NCBI GenBank assembly: GCA_051362555.1
Contig: CM120649.1
Span: 19,234,567 to 19,298,566, forward strand
DNA from: Lingula anatina
Lineage: Eukaryota > Animalia > Brachiopoda
Direction: 5' to 3'
Length of the DNA stretch: 64,000 bases
A program made the position numbers and the translations under genes. Shown here piece by piece: positions 53,384 through 64,000 of the stretch. The stretch's first letter is position 1, and each line of letters starts with the position of its first letter. Below the pieces are notes generated by a model, which was not told the origin of the DNA, ran no database searches, and saw nothing but the letters and a program-made list of their open reading frames with translations.

Positions 53384-54558
53384 TGGGCGTCATCTCTTTT
53401 ACCAATGTGCCAACGATTCTAAGATGGACCAACATGTATCACCATGTATCGACGCCAACTGCAACAGTGGAAGTCACACGTGGTCCAGCATCTGTGACTG
53501 AGTCGCCCCCTGTCGAGATAAAAGTATCTGATTCTTTGGAATTTTTTCCTAAAATGACCAGCATAAAACCGTCTTTGCCTGGCGAAACTCCAGTGACACT
53601 TGCTAGAGAGGCAACCACTGTGTCCGCTGTCAGTAAGCTCACCGCATCTCCAACCACTGGAGTACTAATTTTTGCCTATTATCGGTCAGGATCGTCATTT
53701 TTTGGTGAAATGTTCAACCGAAATCCAAATGCTTTATACATATTTGAACCATTGCTCAACATAAAAAACGTGCAACAGCCTAAAGCCAATGACATTGCTT
53801 TTTTGAATGGAACAAAGTTGAGTGCAGATGATGTAGGAACGCAGAGAATAATTTTTCACAGTTTGATTGGTCTATTTGATTGTGATACGTCACGGATCCC
53901 TTTGTCTGTACTATGGAGTCCGATGTATATTGGTAAGGACCGCATGATGCACGTGAGGCGTTTTACACAATGCACCAAAAGAAACACAGTGAAAAATATT
54001 TCATCCCCATGTTTGCCAATTTACAAAGACATTTGTGAAAAAACAACGGTGAAAGTCATTAAATGTATACGTCTTAATGATATAAATATTACTGAGAAAT
54101 TTTTACAAACTAACCCAGGAATCCGCGTCATTCATTTGTTGAGGGATCCACGAGGTGCCTTGTCGTCTGGTCTTGCCACGAAGCAGCTCAGACGTCTTGG
54201 GAAAACACGCGCCACACTAGACTTATGTGAGCGTATGAAAAACAATCTTGTCAACGGACGTCGAATTCAAAATCGCTACCCAGGGCGTTTCTTTGAAATA
54301 CGGTACGAAGATGTGGCAGAAAATCCATTGAAAATGATATCATACGTTTACAAAGTTCTTTCCCTCAGTATAACAGAAGATATCAAGCAGACATTTATGC
54401 GACTGGCAAATGGAAGTAAAGCTGACGGGACTTTAGGGACTGTCCGAACAGATTCGAACGCTACTGCGCATGCCTGGAAGACCAAAATCAACCCCGAAGT
54501 TAAGCAAACTATTGATAGTATTTGCGTCGATGTATTAAAGTTGGTAGGGTACGCATAA
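53384..54558 (+). CDS. Carbohydrate 6-O-sulfotransferase (CHST1/CHST3/GlcNAc6ST-like) copy 1, exon 2; 420 aa spliced
   Basis: Acceptor TTTTCAG at 53383, an S/T/P-rich stem, 5'-PSB YYRSGSSFFGEMF..YIFEPL, KCIR, 3'-PB VIHLLRDPRGALSS, RYEDVAENP and C-terminal GTVR..AHAWK...C..VLKLVGY. Confidence 0.93.
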
Positions 54559-54923
54559 CTTAATTTTACGCGAAACGCCATTTCGAAACATCCTGGTCGC
54601 TCACTGTATAGTTTCCGCAAGTGTTATGTCGAGATTTCGAATTAGAATCGTTATAACTGCAACAACGTTTCATAGAATGATCAACTTGCACAGAAAATTG
54701 GCAACAGCGGTATACATGTATGTACATGTATATGTAGGCATGTGATGAGGAGTTCTATTCACTATTTGGTAAGATTTCTCTACCGTAGGCATAACTGACA
54801 CTTTATTGTGGGTAAAACTGAACATTTGTTATCGCTTCATTGTGTTATTATTTAGAGAATTAAACCACAGCTACAGCAATCAATCAATACGTGATCCCAA
54901 TAGTAGACTCGGTACCAGTCATA

Positions 54924-55390
54924 TACACTCTACCAGAGCGAGTGATAGATTTTTTACAGATATTCACAGATATGCCTCTAGCTAGATAGATGGTCATTTA
55001 GGGCTGAACTCACCCTGTTGAGCAATCTCAAGGCTGATTACATGGCTGATAATTGTTTGCATAACTGCTCAGGCACTGCCACTTAGCAGGTCCAGTCTAA
55101 GTCTGCGTGACAGCAATCAAGACAGTTAATTACTCTGACTTCAATCACTTGCTCTTCTGTGACAGATAAAAAAAGCCTTAGACTGGTTGCGTAACGAGCA
55201 GTTATCACATCGGTGTGAAGCTCAGCTCATGCAGAGCAAGTACAAAGCCTTTGGCGCGCGCGCAGAGATAATTGTTTCCACATGGGATTCCTCAACAGGG
55301 TGAGTTCAGCCCTAAATGACCATCTATCTAGCTAGAGACATATCTGTGAATATCTGTAAAAAAATCTATCACTCGCCCTGGTAGAGGGTA
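54924..55390. mobile_element. 467-bp foldback non-autonomous DNA transposon, about 100-bp TIRs, 9-bp TSD
   Basis: TACACTCTACCAGAGCGAGTGATAGATTTTTTACAGATATTCACAGATATG...CACCCTGTTGAG mirrors CTCAACAGGGTG...TCACTCGCCCTGGTAGAGGGTA. The TSD CCAGTCATA is at 54915-54923 and 55391-55399, and the empty site is at 62048-62056. Confidence 0.93.
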
Positions 55391-55408
55391 CCAGTCATAT
55401 CCCATGAA

Positions 55409-55576
55409 CAGGGGCGGATCCAGAAATATTTTCTGACAGTCTTCCAAATTATCATTGTTGATTCATCCTCCATTTTTCACAGTCTTCCGACAGAAAAAAT
55501 TAGATACCCATCAATATTATCTTGAAAATCTGACCGTCTTCCGGAAGACCCAGAATACGGCCTAAATCCGCCCCTG
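55409..55576. mobile_element. 168-bp hAT-like MITE (spacer 1)
   Basis: Termini CAGGGGCGGAT...ATCCGCCCCTG with repeated internal GTCTTCC/GAAGAC motifs. The TSD is degenerate (CATGAA/TATGAA). Confidence 0.7.
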
Positions 55577-56407
55577 TTATGAATGTCTTGAGAACAGATG
55601 GCTCAAAATATTAGTTCCAATCCAATAACGTTATAAGCTCTGGATATTTTTATGATAAAATAATTACACCAGCAGAGTCATATTTTGCAAGTCTAACAGG
55701 TTTTGATTAAAATGACACAATTTCAGCAGCAAAGTTCGAGTTACATTCGGTGCGGCAATGTTACAATAATACGCATGCATATATGGTCGCTGATTTTTAT
55801 TAAAGAAGCTGTTTTTGATATTTTACAAAAAATCATTTAAAATGCAAAACCAAATAAAAATTAATTTTGGAATGTTTATTGTGGACAAAAAACTGAGCTG
55901 ATCTTGTTGCAGAATGTTGAAAAAAGGAAATGAAAGACTGAAGAAATATAAAATTAATAATCAAAAGGACATTAGAAAGCAAAAATATTATATAGGCAGA
56001 AGATGTAATAACACTGAGCTCAAGTGGGGAAATGAGGAAAATAAATGAATATAAAAATAATGGAACAATACAAAGCTTTTAACAAAGACCTAAAGTATAC
56101 TTTTCGAAGATCCAATTAAATGAAGCAAGGTGACGCTATATCTGTATTGTAGGAAGAAAATACCCTTTTCGGTTTTGGTATTTTCTCTTATACTAAGACA
56201 GCTATCAAAGTGATCAAAACAACAGTAAAAAGCTTGATGACATCACTACAAAAGGACATTATAAAATTTTCTCAATGACTTTTCTTCCTTCTGATATTAG
56301 TGGATTTTATGTGCACATTATTCTGAACTGTTCACAGCAAAAAACGACAACAAACAATTTTCGACAATCCCCGCTTTCTATCTATAATATCACTGTGAGG
56401 ATACCTT

Positions 56408-56490
56408 GTGATTGTTTGATATTTCCAACCCAGTATTAACAGATGAATGTGATTGTTTGGTATTTCCAACCCGAAATTAACAGATGAATT
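56408..56490. repeat. 41-bp local tandem duplication upstream of copy 2 (also about 59980-60061 upstream of copy 3)
   Basis: GTGATTGTTTG(A/G)TATTTCCAACCC....TTAACAGATGAAT occurs twice here, but as a single copy upstream of copies 1 and 4. Confidence 0.85.
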
Positions 56491-56685
56491 ATTCAGATTT
56501 CTACTGGCAATTGTGGTCAAAAGCTTGAGTCAAGGCAGCAGATAAATACACAGCATTCGTGAAGCCAAGATAGAAATCTTGAGTCAAGGGGAAAAGACTC
56601 ATCAATTTTCAAGGAAGTTAGAGAAGGTCGCAAGTTTATGTGTCAGTGAGCAAAAGCCAAAATATCTGGCCACATCTTTGCCACG

Positions 56686-56770
56686 ATGGCAAAACTTATG
56701 ACGTGCGTGACTTGGTTGACTGGAGTGTGTTCAGGATTGTTGCTGGTCTATGTAGCAATGTACTTAAAAG
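56686..56770 (+). CDS. Carbohydrate sulfotransferase copy 2, exon 1 (TM anchor)
   Basis: Kozak-like GCCACGATGG, peptide MAKLMTCVTWLTGVCSGLLLVYVAMYLK and donor AAG|GTAACG. Confidence 0.88.
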
Positions 56771-56956
56771 GTAACGTGTTCTATATTATAGACTGATTTC
56801 GTGTTTTATTAATTTAAATGATGAACTCAGCTTGGAAACTCTCTCTCTCTCAGCACAGATTTACACACGATGACCTAGTTTCCTGCCTACTTTAATCAGC
56901 ACCGATACAGAATCATGGTTTGTTTAATATATATGACACTATATTACTGTTTTCAG

Positions 56957-58131
56957 TGGGCGTCATCTCTTTTACCAATGTGCCAACGATTCTAAGATGG
57001 ACCAACATGTATCGCCGTGTATCGACGCCACCTGCAACAGTGGAAGTCACACGTGGTCCAGAATCTGTGACTGAGTCGCCCCCTGTCGAGATAAAAGTAT
57101 CTGATTCTTTGGAATTTTTTCCTAAAATTGCCAGCATAAAACCGTCGCCGCCTGTCAAAACCTCAATGACACTTGCTAGCGAGGCAACCACTGTGTCTGC
57201 TGTCAGTAGGCCCACGGCATCTCCGACCACTGGAGTACTCATTTTTGCCTATTACCGATCAGGGTCGTCATTTTTTGGTGAAATGTTCAACAGAAATCCA
57301 AATGCTTTATACATATTTGAACCATTGTTCAACATAATAAACGCGCAACAGCCTAAAGCCAATGACATTGCTCTCTTGAATGGAACAAAGATGAGTGCAG
57401 ACGATGTAGGAACGCAGAGAATATTTTTTCACAGTTTGATTGGTCTATTTGATTGTGATACGTCACGGATCCCTTTGTCTGTACTATGGAGTCCGATGTA
57501 TATTAATAAGGACCGCATGATGCACGTGAGGCGTTTTACACAATGCACCAAAAGAAACACAGTGAAAAATATTTCATCCCCATGTTTGCCAATTTACAAA
57601 GACATTTGTGAAAAAACAACGGTGAAAGTCATTAAATGTATACGTCTTAATGATATAAATATTACTGAGAAATTTTTACAAACTAACCCAGGAATCCGCG
57701 TCATTCATTTGTTGAGGGATCCACGAGGCGCCTTGTCGTCTGGTCTTGCCACGAAGGAGCTCAGACGTCTTGGAAAAACACGCGCCACACTAGACTTATG
57801 TGAGCGTATGAAAAACAATCTTGTCAACGGACGTCGAATTCAAAAACGCTACCCAGGGCGTTTCTTTGAAATACGGTACGAAGATGTGGCAGAAAATCCA
57901 TTGAAAATGATATCATACGTCTACAAAGTTCTTTCCCTCAGTATAACAGAAGATATCAAGCAGACATTTATGCGACTGGCGAATGGAAGTAAAGCTGACG
58001 GGACTTTCGGGACTGTCCGAACAGATTCTAACGCTACTGCGCATGCCTGGAAGACCAAAATCAACCCCGAAGTTAAGCAAACTATTGATAGTATTTGCGT
58101 CGATGTATTAAAGTTGGTAGGGTACGCATAA
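56957..58131 (+). CDS. Carbohydrate 6-O-sulfotransferase copy 2, exon 2; 419 aa spliced
   Basis: Acceptor TTTTCAG at 56956, an intact 1175-nt exon with the same PAPS-binding motifs, and a TAA stop. Confidence 0.93.
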
Positions 58132-58496
58132 CTTAATTTTACGCGAAACGCCATTTCGAAACATCCTGGTCGCTCACGGTATAGTTTCCGCAAGTGTTAT
58201 GTCGAGATTTCGAATTAGAATCGTTATAACTGCAACAACGTTTCATAGAATGATCAACTTGCACAGAAAATTGGCAACAGCGGTATAAATGTATGTACAA
58301 GTATATGTAGGCATGTGATGAGGAGTTCTATTCACTATTTGGTAAGATTTCTCTATCGTAGGCATAACTGACACTTTATTGTGGGTAAAACTAAATATTT
58401 GTTATCGCTTCATTGTGTTATTATTTAGAGAATTAAACCACAGCTACAGCAATCAATCAATACGTGATCCCAATAGTAGATTCGGTACCAGTCATA

Positions 58497-58962
58497 TACA
58501 CTCTACCAGAGTGAGTGATAGATTTTTTTACAGATATTCACAGATATGTCTCTAGCTAGATAGATGGTCATTTAGGCTCAACACCCTGTTGAGGAATCTC
58601 AAGGCTGATTACATGGCTGATAATTGTTTGCATAACTGCTCAGGCACCGCCACTTAGCAGGTCCAGTCTAAGTCTGCGTGACAGCAATCAAGACAGTTAA
58701 TTACTCTGACTTCAATCACTTGCTCTTCTGTGACAGATAAAAAAAGCCTTAGACTGGTTGCGTAACGAGCAGTTATCACATCGGTGTGAAGCTCAGCTCA
58801 TGCAGAGCAAGTACAAAGCCTTTGGCGCGCGCGCAGAGATAATTGTTTCCACATGGGATTCCTCAACAGGGTGAGTTCAGCCCTAAATGACCATCTATCT
58901 AGCTAGAGACATATCTGTGAATATCTGTAAAAAAAATCTATCACTCGCCCTGGTAGAGGGTA
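58497..58962. mobile_element. 466-bp foldback element, duplicated copy (spacer 2)
   Basis: Same TIRs and the same TSD CCAGTCATA (58488-58496, 58963-58971) at the paralogous position. Confidence 0.93.
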
Positions 58963-58980
58963 CCAGTCATATCCCATGAA

Positions 58981-59148
58981 CAGGGGCGGATCCAGAAATA
59001 TTTTCTGACAGTCTTCCAAATTATCTTTGTTGATTCATCCTCCATTTTTCACAGTCTTCCGACAGAAAAAATTAGATACCCATCAATATTATCTTGAAAA
59101 TCTGACCGTCTTCCGGAAGACCCAGAATACGGCCTAAATCCGCCCCTG
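58981..59148. mobile_element. 168-bp hAT-like MITE (spacer 2)
   Basis: CAGGGGCGGAT...ATCCGCCCCTG; paralogue of 55409-55576. Confidence 0.7.
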
Positions 59149-60257
59149 TTATGAATGTCTTGAGAACAGATGGATCTAAATATTAGTTCCAATCCAATAA
59201 CGTTATAAGCTCTGGATATTTTTATGATAAAATAATTACACCAGCAGAGTCATATTTTGCAAGTCTAACAGGTTTTGATTAAAATGACACAATTTCAGCA
59301 GCAAAGTTCGAGTTACATTCGGTGCGGCAATGTTACAATAATACGCATGCATATATGGTCGCTGATTTTTATTAAAGAAGCTGTTTTTGATATTTTACAA
59401 AAAATCATTTAAAATGCAAAACCAAATAAAAATTAATTTTGGAATGTTTATTGTGGACAAAAAACTGAGCTGATCTTGTTGCAGAATGTTGAAAAAAGGA
59501 AATGAAAGACTGAAGAAATATAAAATTAATAATCAAAAGGACATTAGAAAGCAAAAATATTATATAGGCAGAAGATGTAATAACACTGAGCTCAAGTGGG
59601 GAAATGAGGAAAATAAATGAATATAAAAATAATGGAACAGTACAAAGCTTTTAACAAAGACCTAAAGTATACTTTTCGAAGATCCAATTAAATGAAGCAA
59701 GGTGACGCTATATCTGTATTGTAGGAAGAAAATATCTTTTTCGGTTTTGGTATTTTCTCTAGCACTAAGACAGCTATCAAAGTAATCAAAACAACAGTAG
59801 AAAGCTTGATGACATCACTACAAAAGGACATTATAAAATTTTCTCAATGACTTTTCTTCCTTCTGATATTAGTGGATTTTATGTGCACATTATTCTGAAC
59901 TGTTCACAGCAAAAAACGACAACAAACAATTTTCGACAATCCCCGCTTTCTATCTATAATATCACTGTGAGGATACCTTGTGATTGTTTGATATTTCCAA
60001 CCCAGTATTAACAGATGAATGTGATTGTTTGGTATTTCCAACCCGAAATTAACAGATGAATTATTCAGATTTCTACTGGCAATTGTGGTCAAAAGCTTGA
60101 GTCAAGGCAGCAGATAAATACACAGCATTCGTGAAGCCAAGATAGAAATCTTGAGTCAAGGGGAAAAGACTCATCAATTTTCAAGGAAGTTAGAGAAGGT
60201 CGCAAGTTTATGTGTCAGTGAGCAAAAGCCAAAATATCTGGCCAAATCTTTGCCACA

Positions 60258-60342
60258 ATGGCAAAATTGATGACGTGCGTGACTTGGTTAACTGGAGTGT
60301 GTTCAGGATTGTTGCTGGTCTATGTAGCAATGTACTTAAAAG
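60258..60342 (+). CDS. Carbohydrate sulfotransferase copy 3, exon 1 (TM anchor)
   Basis: GCCACAATGG start, the same hydrophobic peptide and donor AAG|GTAACG. Confidence 0.88.
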
Positions 60343-60527
60343 GTAACGTGTTCTATATTATAGACTGATTTCGTGTTTTATTAATTTAAATGATGAACTC
60401 AGCTTGGAAACTCTCTCTCTCTCAGCCAAATTTACACACGCTGACCTAGTTTCCTGCCTACCTTAATCAGCACCGATACAGAATCATGGTTTGTTTAATA
60501 TATATGACACTATATTACTGTTTTCAG

Positions 60528-61702
60528 TGGGCGTCATCTCTTTTACCAATGTGCCAACGATTCTAAGATGGACCAACATGTATCGCCGTGTATCGACGCC
60601 ACCTGCAACAGTGGAAGTCACACGTGGTCCAGAATCTGTGACTGAGTCGCCCCCTGTCGAGATAAAAGTATCTGATTCTTTGGAATTTTTTCCTAAAATT
60701 GCCAGCATAAAACCGTCGCCGCCTGTCAAAACCTCAATGACACTTGCTAGCGAGGCAACCACTGTGTCTGCTGTCAGTAGGCCCACGGCATCTCCGACCA
60801 CTGGAGTACTCATTTTTGCCTATTACCGATCAGGGTCGTCATTTTTTGGTGAAATGTTCAACCGAAATCCAAATGCTTTATACATATTTGAACCATTGTT
60901 CAACATAATAAACGCGCAACAGCCTAAAGCCAATGACATTGCTCTCTTGAATGGAACAAAGATGAGTGCAGACGATGTAGGAACGCAGAGAATATTTTTT
61001 CACAGTTTGATTGGTCTATTTGATTGTGATACGTCACGGATCCCTTTGTCTGTACTATGGAGTCGGATGTATATTAATAAGGACCGCATGATGCACGTGA
61101 GGCGTTTTACACAATGCACCAAAAGAAACACAGTGAAAAATATTTCATCCCCATGTTTGCCAATTTACAAAGACATTTGTGAAAAAACAACGGTGAAAGT
61201 CATTAAATGTATACGTCTTAATGATATAAATATTACTGAGAAATTTTTACAAACTAACCCAGGAATCCGCGTCATTCATTTGTTGAGGGATCCACGAGGC
61301 GCCTTGTCGTCTGGTCTTGCCACGAAGGAGCTCAGACGTCTTGGAAAAACACGCGCCACACTAGACTTATGTGAGCGTATGAAAAACAATCTTGTCAACG
61401 GACGTCGAATTCAAAAACGCTACCCAGGGCGTTTCTTTGAAATACGGTACGAAGATGTGGCAGAAAATCCATTGAAAATGATATCATACGTTTACAAAGT
61501 TCTTTCCCTCAGTATAACAGAAGATATCAAGCAGACATTTATGCGACTGGCGAATGGAAGTAAAGCTGACGGTGCTTACGGGACTGTCCGAACAGATTCT
61601 AACGCTACTGCGCATGCCTGGAAGACCAAAATCAACCCCGAAGTTAAGCAAACTATTGATAGTATTTGCGTCGATGTATTAAAGTTGGTAGGGTACGCAT
61701 AA
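60528..61702 (+). CDS. Carbohydrate 6-O-sulfotransferase copy 3, exon 2; 419 aa spliced
   Basis: Acceptor TTTTCAG at 60527. The exon is intact and differs from copy 2 by 3 residues (P/R, T/A, F/Y). Confidence 0.93.
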
Positions 61703-62065
61703 CTTAATTTTACGCGCAACGCCATTACGAAACAACCTGATTGCACATTGTATAGTTTCCGCAAGAGTTCTGTCGAGATTTCGAATTAGAATCTTTGTAA
61801 CTGCAACAATGCTTCATAGAATGCTTGCACAGAAAATTGGCAACAGCGGTATGAATACATGTCTATGTAGTTATGTGATTAACAGTTCCATTCACTATTT
61901 GGTAAGATTCGTTTCTCTATCGTAGGCATAACTGACACTTTATAGTGAAAGTGAATACCTGTTATCGCATCATTGTGTTATAATTTAGAGAAGTAAACCA
62001 CAGCTACAGCAATCAATCAATACGTGATCCCAATAGTAGACTCGGTACCAGTAATATCCCATGAA

Positions 62066-62233
62066 CAGGGGCGGATCCAGAAATATTTTCTGACAGTCTT
62101 CCAAATTATCTTTGTTGATTCATCCTCCATTTTCCACAGTCTTCCGACAGAAAAAATTAGATACCCATCAATATTATCTTGAAAATCTGACCGTCTTCCG
62201 GAAGACCCAGAAGACGGCCTAAATCCGCCCCTG
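62066..62233. mobile_element. 168-bp hAT-like MITE (spacer 3)
   Basis: CAGGGGCGGAT...ATCCGCCCCTG; present even though the neighbouring 467-bp element is absent. Confidence 0.7.
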
Positions 62234-63308
62234 TATGAAGGTCTTGGGAACAGATGGCCCTAAATATTTGTTCCAATCCAATAACGATATAAGCTCTAGA
62301 TATTTTTTATGATAAAATAATTACACCAGCAGAGTCATATGTTGCAAGTCTAACAGGTTGTGATTAAAATGACACAATATCAGCAGCAAAGTTCGAGTTA
62401 CATTCGGTGCGGCAATGTTACAATAATACCCATGCATATATGGTCGCTGATTTTAGGAAGGAAGCTGTTTTTTTTTTTTTTTTTTACAAAAAAAAATCAT
62501 TTAAAATGTAAAGCCAAATAAAAATTCATTTTGGAATGTTATTGTGGACAAAAAACTGAGCTGCTCTTGTTGCAGAATGATGAAAAAAAGGAAATGAAAG
62601 ACTGAAGAAATATAAAATTAATAATCAAAAGGACATTAGAAAGCAAAAATATTATATAGGCAGAAGATTTAATAACACTGAGCTCAAGTGGGGAAATGAG
62701 GAAAATAAATGAATATAAAAATAATGGAACAATACAAAGCTTTTAACAAAGACCTAAAGTATACTTTTCGAAGATCCAATTAAATGAAGCAAGGTGACGC
62801 TATATCTGTATTGTAGGAAGAAAATACCTTTTTCGGTTTTGGTATTTTCTCTAATACTAAGACAGCTATCAAAGTGATCAAAACAACAGTATAAAGCTTG
62901 ATGACATCACTACAAAAGGACATTATAAAATTTTCTCAATGACTTTTCTTCCTTCTGATATTAGTGGATTTTATGTGCACATTATTCTGAACTGTTCACA
63001 GCAAAAAACGACAACAAACAATTTTCGACAATCCCCGCTTTCTATCTATAATATCACTGTGAGGATGTCTTGTGATTGTTTGGTATTTCCAACCCAGTAT
63101 TAACAGATGAATTATTCAGATTTCTACTGGCAATTGTGGTCAAAAGTTTGAGTCAAGGCAGCAGATAAATACACAGCATTCGTGAAGCCAAGATAGAAAT
63201 CTTAAGTCAAGGGAAAAAGACTCATCAATTTTCAAGGAAGTTAGATAAGATCGCAAGTTTATGTGTAAGAGAGCAAAAGCCAAAATATCTGGCCACATCT
63301 TTGCCACG

Positions 63309-63393
63309 ATGGCAAAACTTATGACGTGTGTGACTTGGTTGACTGGAGTGTGTTCAGGATTGTTGCTGGTCTATGTAGCAATGTACTTAAAAG
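63309..63393 (+). CDS. Carbohydrate sulfotransferase copy 4, exon 1 (TM anchor)
   Basis: GCCACGATGG start, the same peptide and donor AAG|GTAACG. Confidence 0.85.
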
Positions 63394-63579
63394 GTAACGT
63401 GTTCTATATTATAGACTGATTTCGTGTTTTATTAATTTAAATGATGAACTCAGCTTGGAAACTCTCTCTCTCTCAGCACAGATTTACACACGATGACCTA
63501 GTTTCCTGCCTACCTTAATCAGCACCGATACAGAATCATGGTTTGTTTAATATATATGACACTATATTACTGTTTTCAG

Positions 63580-64000
63580 TGGGCGTCATCTCTTTTACCA
63601 ATGTGCCAACGATTCTAAGATGGACCAACATGTATCGCCGTGTATCGACGCCACCTGCAACAGTGGAAGTCACACGTGGTCCAGAATCTGTGACTGAGTC
63701 GCCCCCTGTCGAGATAAAAGTATCTGATTCTTTGGAATTTTTTCCTAAAATGACCAGCATAAAACCGTCGCCGCCTGTCAAAACCTCAATGACACTTGCT
63801 AGCGAGGCAACCACTGTGTTTGCTGTCAGTAGGCCCACGGCATCTCCGACCACTGGAGTACTCATTTTTGCCTATTACCGATCAGGGTCGTCATTTTTTG
63901 GTGAAATGTTCAACAGAAATCCAAATGCTTTATACATATTTGAACCATTGTTCAACATAATAAACGCGCAACAGCCTAAAGCCAATGACATTGCTCTCTT
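63580..64000 (+). CDS. Carbohydrate 6-O-sulfotransferase copy 4, exon 2 (partial, runs off the window)
   Basis: Acceptor TTTTCAG at 63579; the frame is open through the stem and the 5'-PSB motif to the window end. Confidence 0.88.

Larger units (their letters stand above)
52830..64000 (+). repeat. Head-to-tail segmental tandem array of sulfotransferase gene units (periods 3573, 3571, 3052 bp), open at the window end
   Basis: Exon-2 acceptors recur at 53384, 56957, 60528 and 63580, and the spacers align throughout. Homology to the spacers begins upstream of copy 1 at about 52830 (TTCTATATAAAATCACTGTGAGG). Confidence 0.97.

Noticed and set aside
56332-63865. Repeated minus-strand ORFs (62, 90, 109 aa) in the array
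   Set aside because: They recur only because the unit is duplicated; they are antisense to the CDS or depend on the 41-bp duplication.
1-64000. CRISPR arrays, tRNA/rRNA genes, conserved miRNA hairpins, autonomous transposases
   Set aside because: None recognised by eye: no repeat-spacer pattern and no match to miRNAs I recall. Infernal/Rfam, tRNAscan-SE and blastx would be needed to exclude them formally.

Overview
Animal (eukaryotic, AT-rich, spliced) genomic DNA, most likely from a lophotrochozoan invertebrate such as a mollusc (inference from protein motifs and repeat types). It has two coding loci, both on the + strand. (1) A two-exon Zic/odd-paired C2H2 zinc-finger gene: CDS 5550-6684 joined to 20181-20710, 554 aa, with a 13.5-kb phase-1 intron between ZF3 and ZF4. 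It lies in about 50 kb with no other recognisable coding gene and many candidate cis-regulatory modules. (2) A head-to-tail tandem array from about 52.8 kb to the window end of at least four two-exon Golgi type-II carbohydrate 6-O-sulfotransferase genes (CHST1/CHST3/GlcNAc6ST family). The ORF track misses their real first exon, which encodes the transmembrane anchor. The copies are recombinant mosaics, and one spacer keeps the empty site of a 9-bp-TSD foldback transposon present in the other two. Several non-autonomous DNA transposons (Harbinger-like, hAT-like, a 9-bp-TSD family, a Helentron-type end) and microsatellites are also visible. No rRNA, tRNA, CRISPR array or autonomous transposase was recognised.
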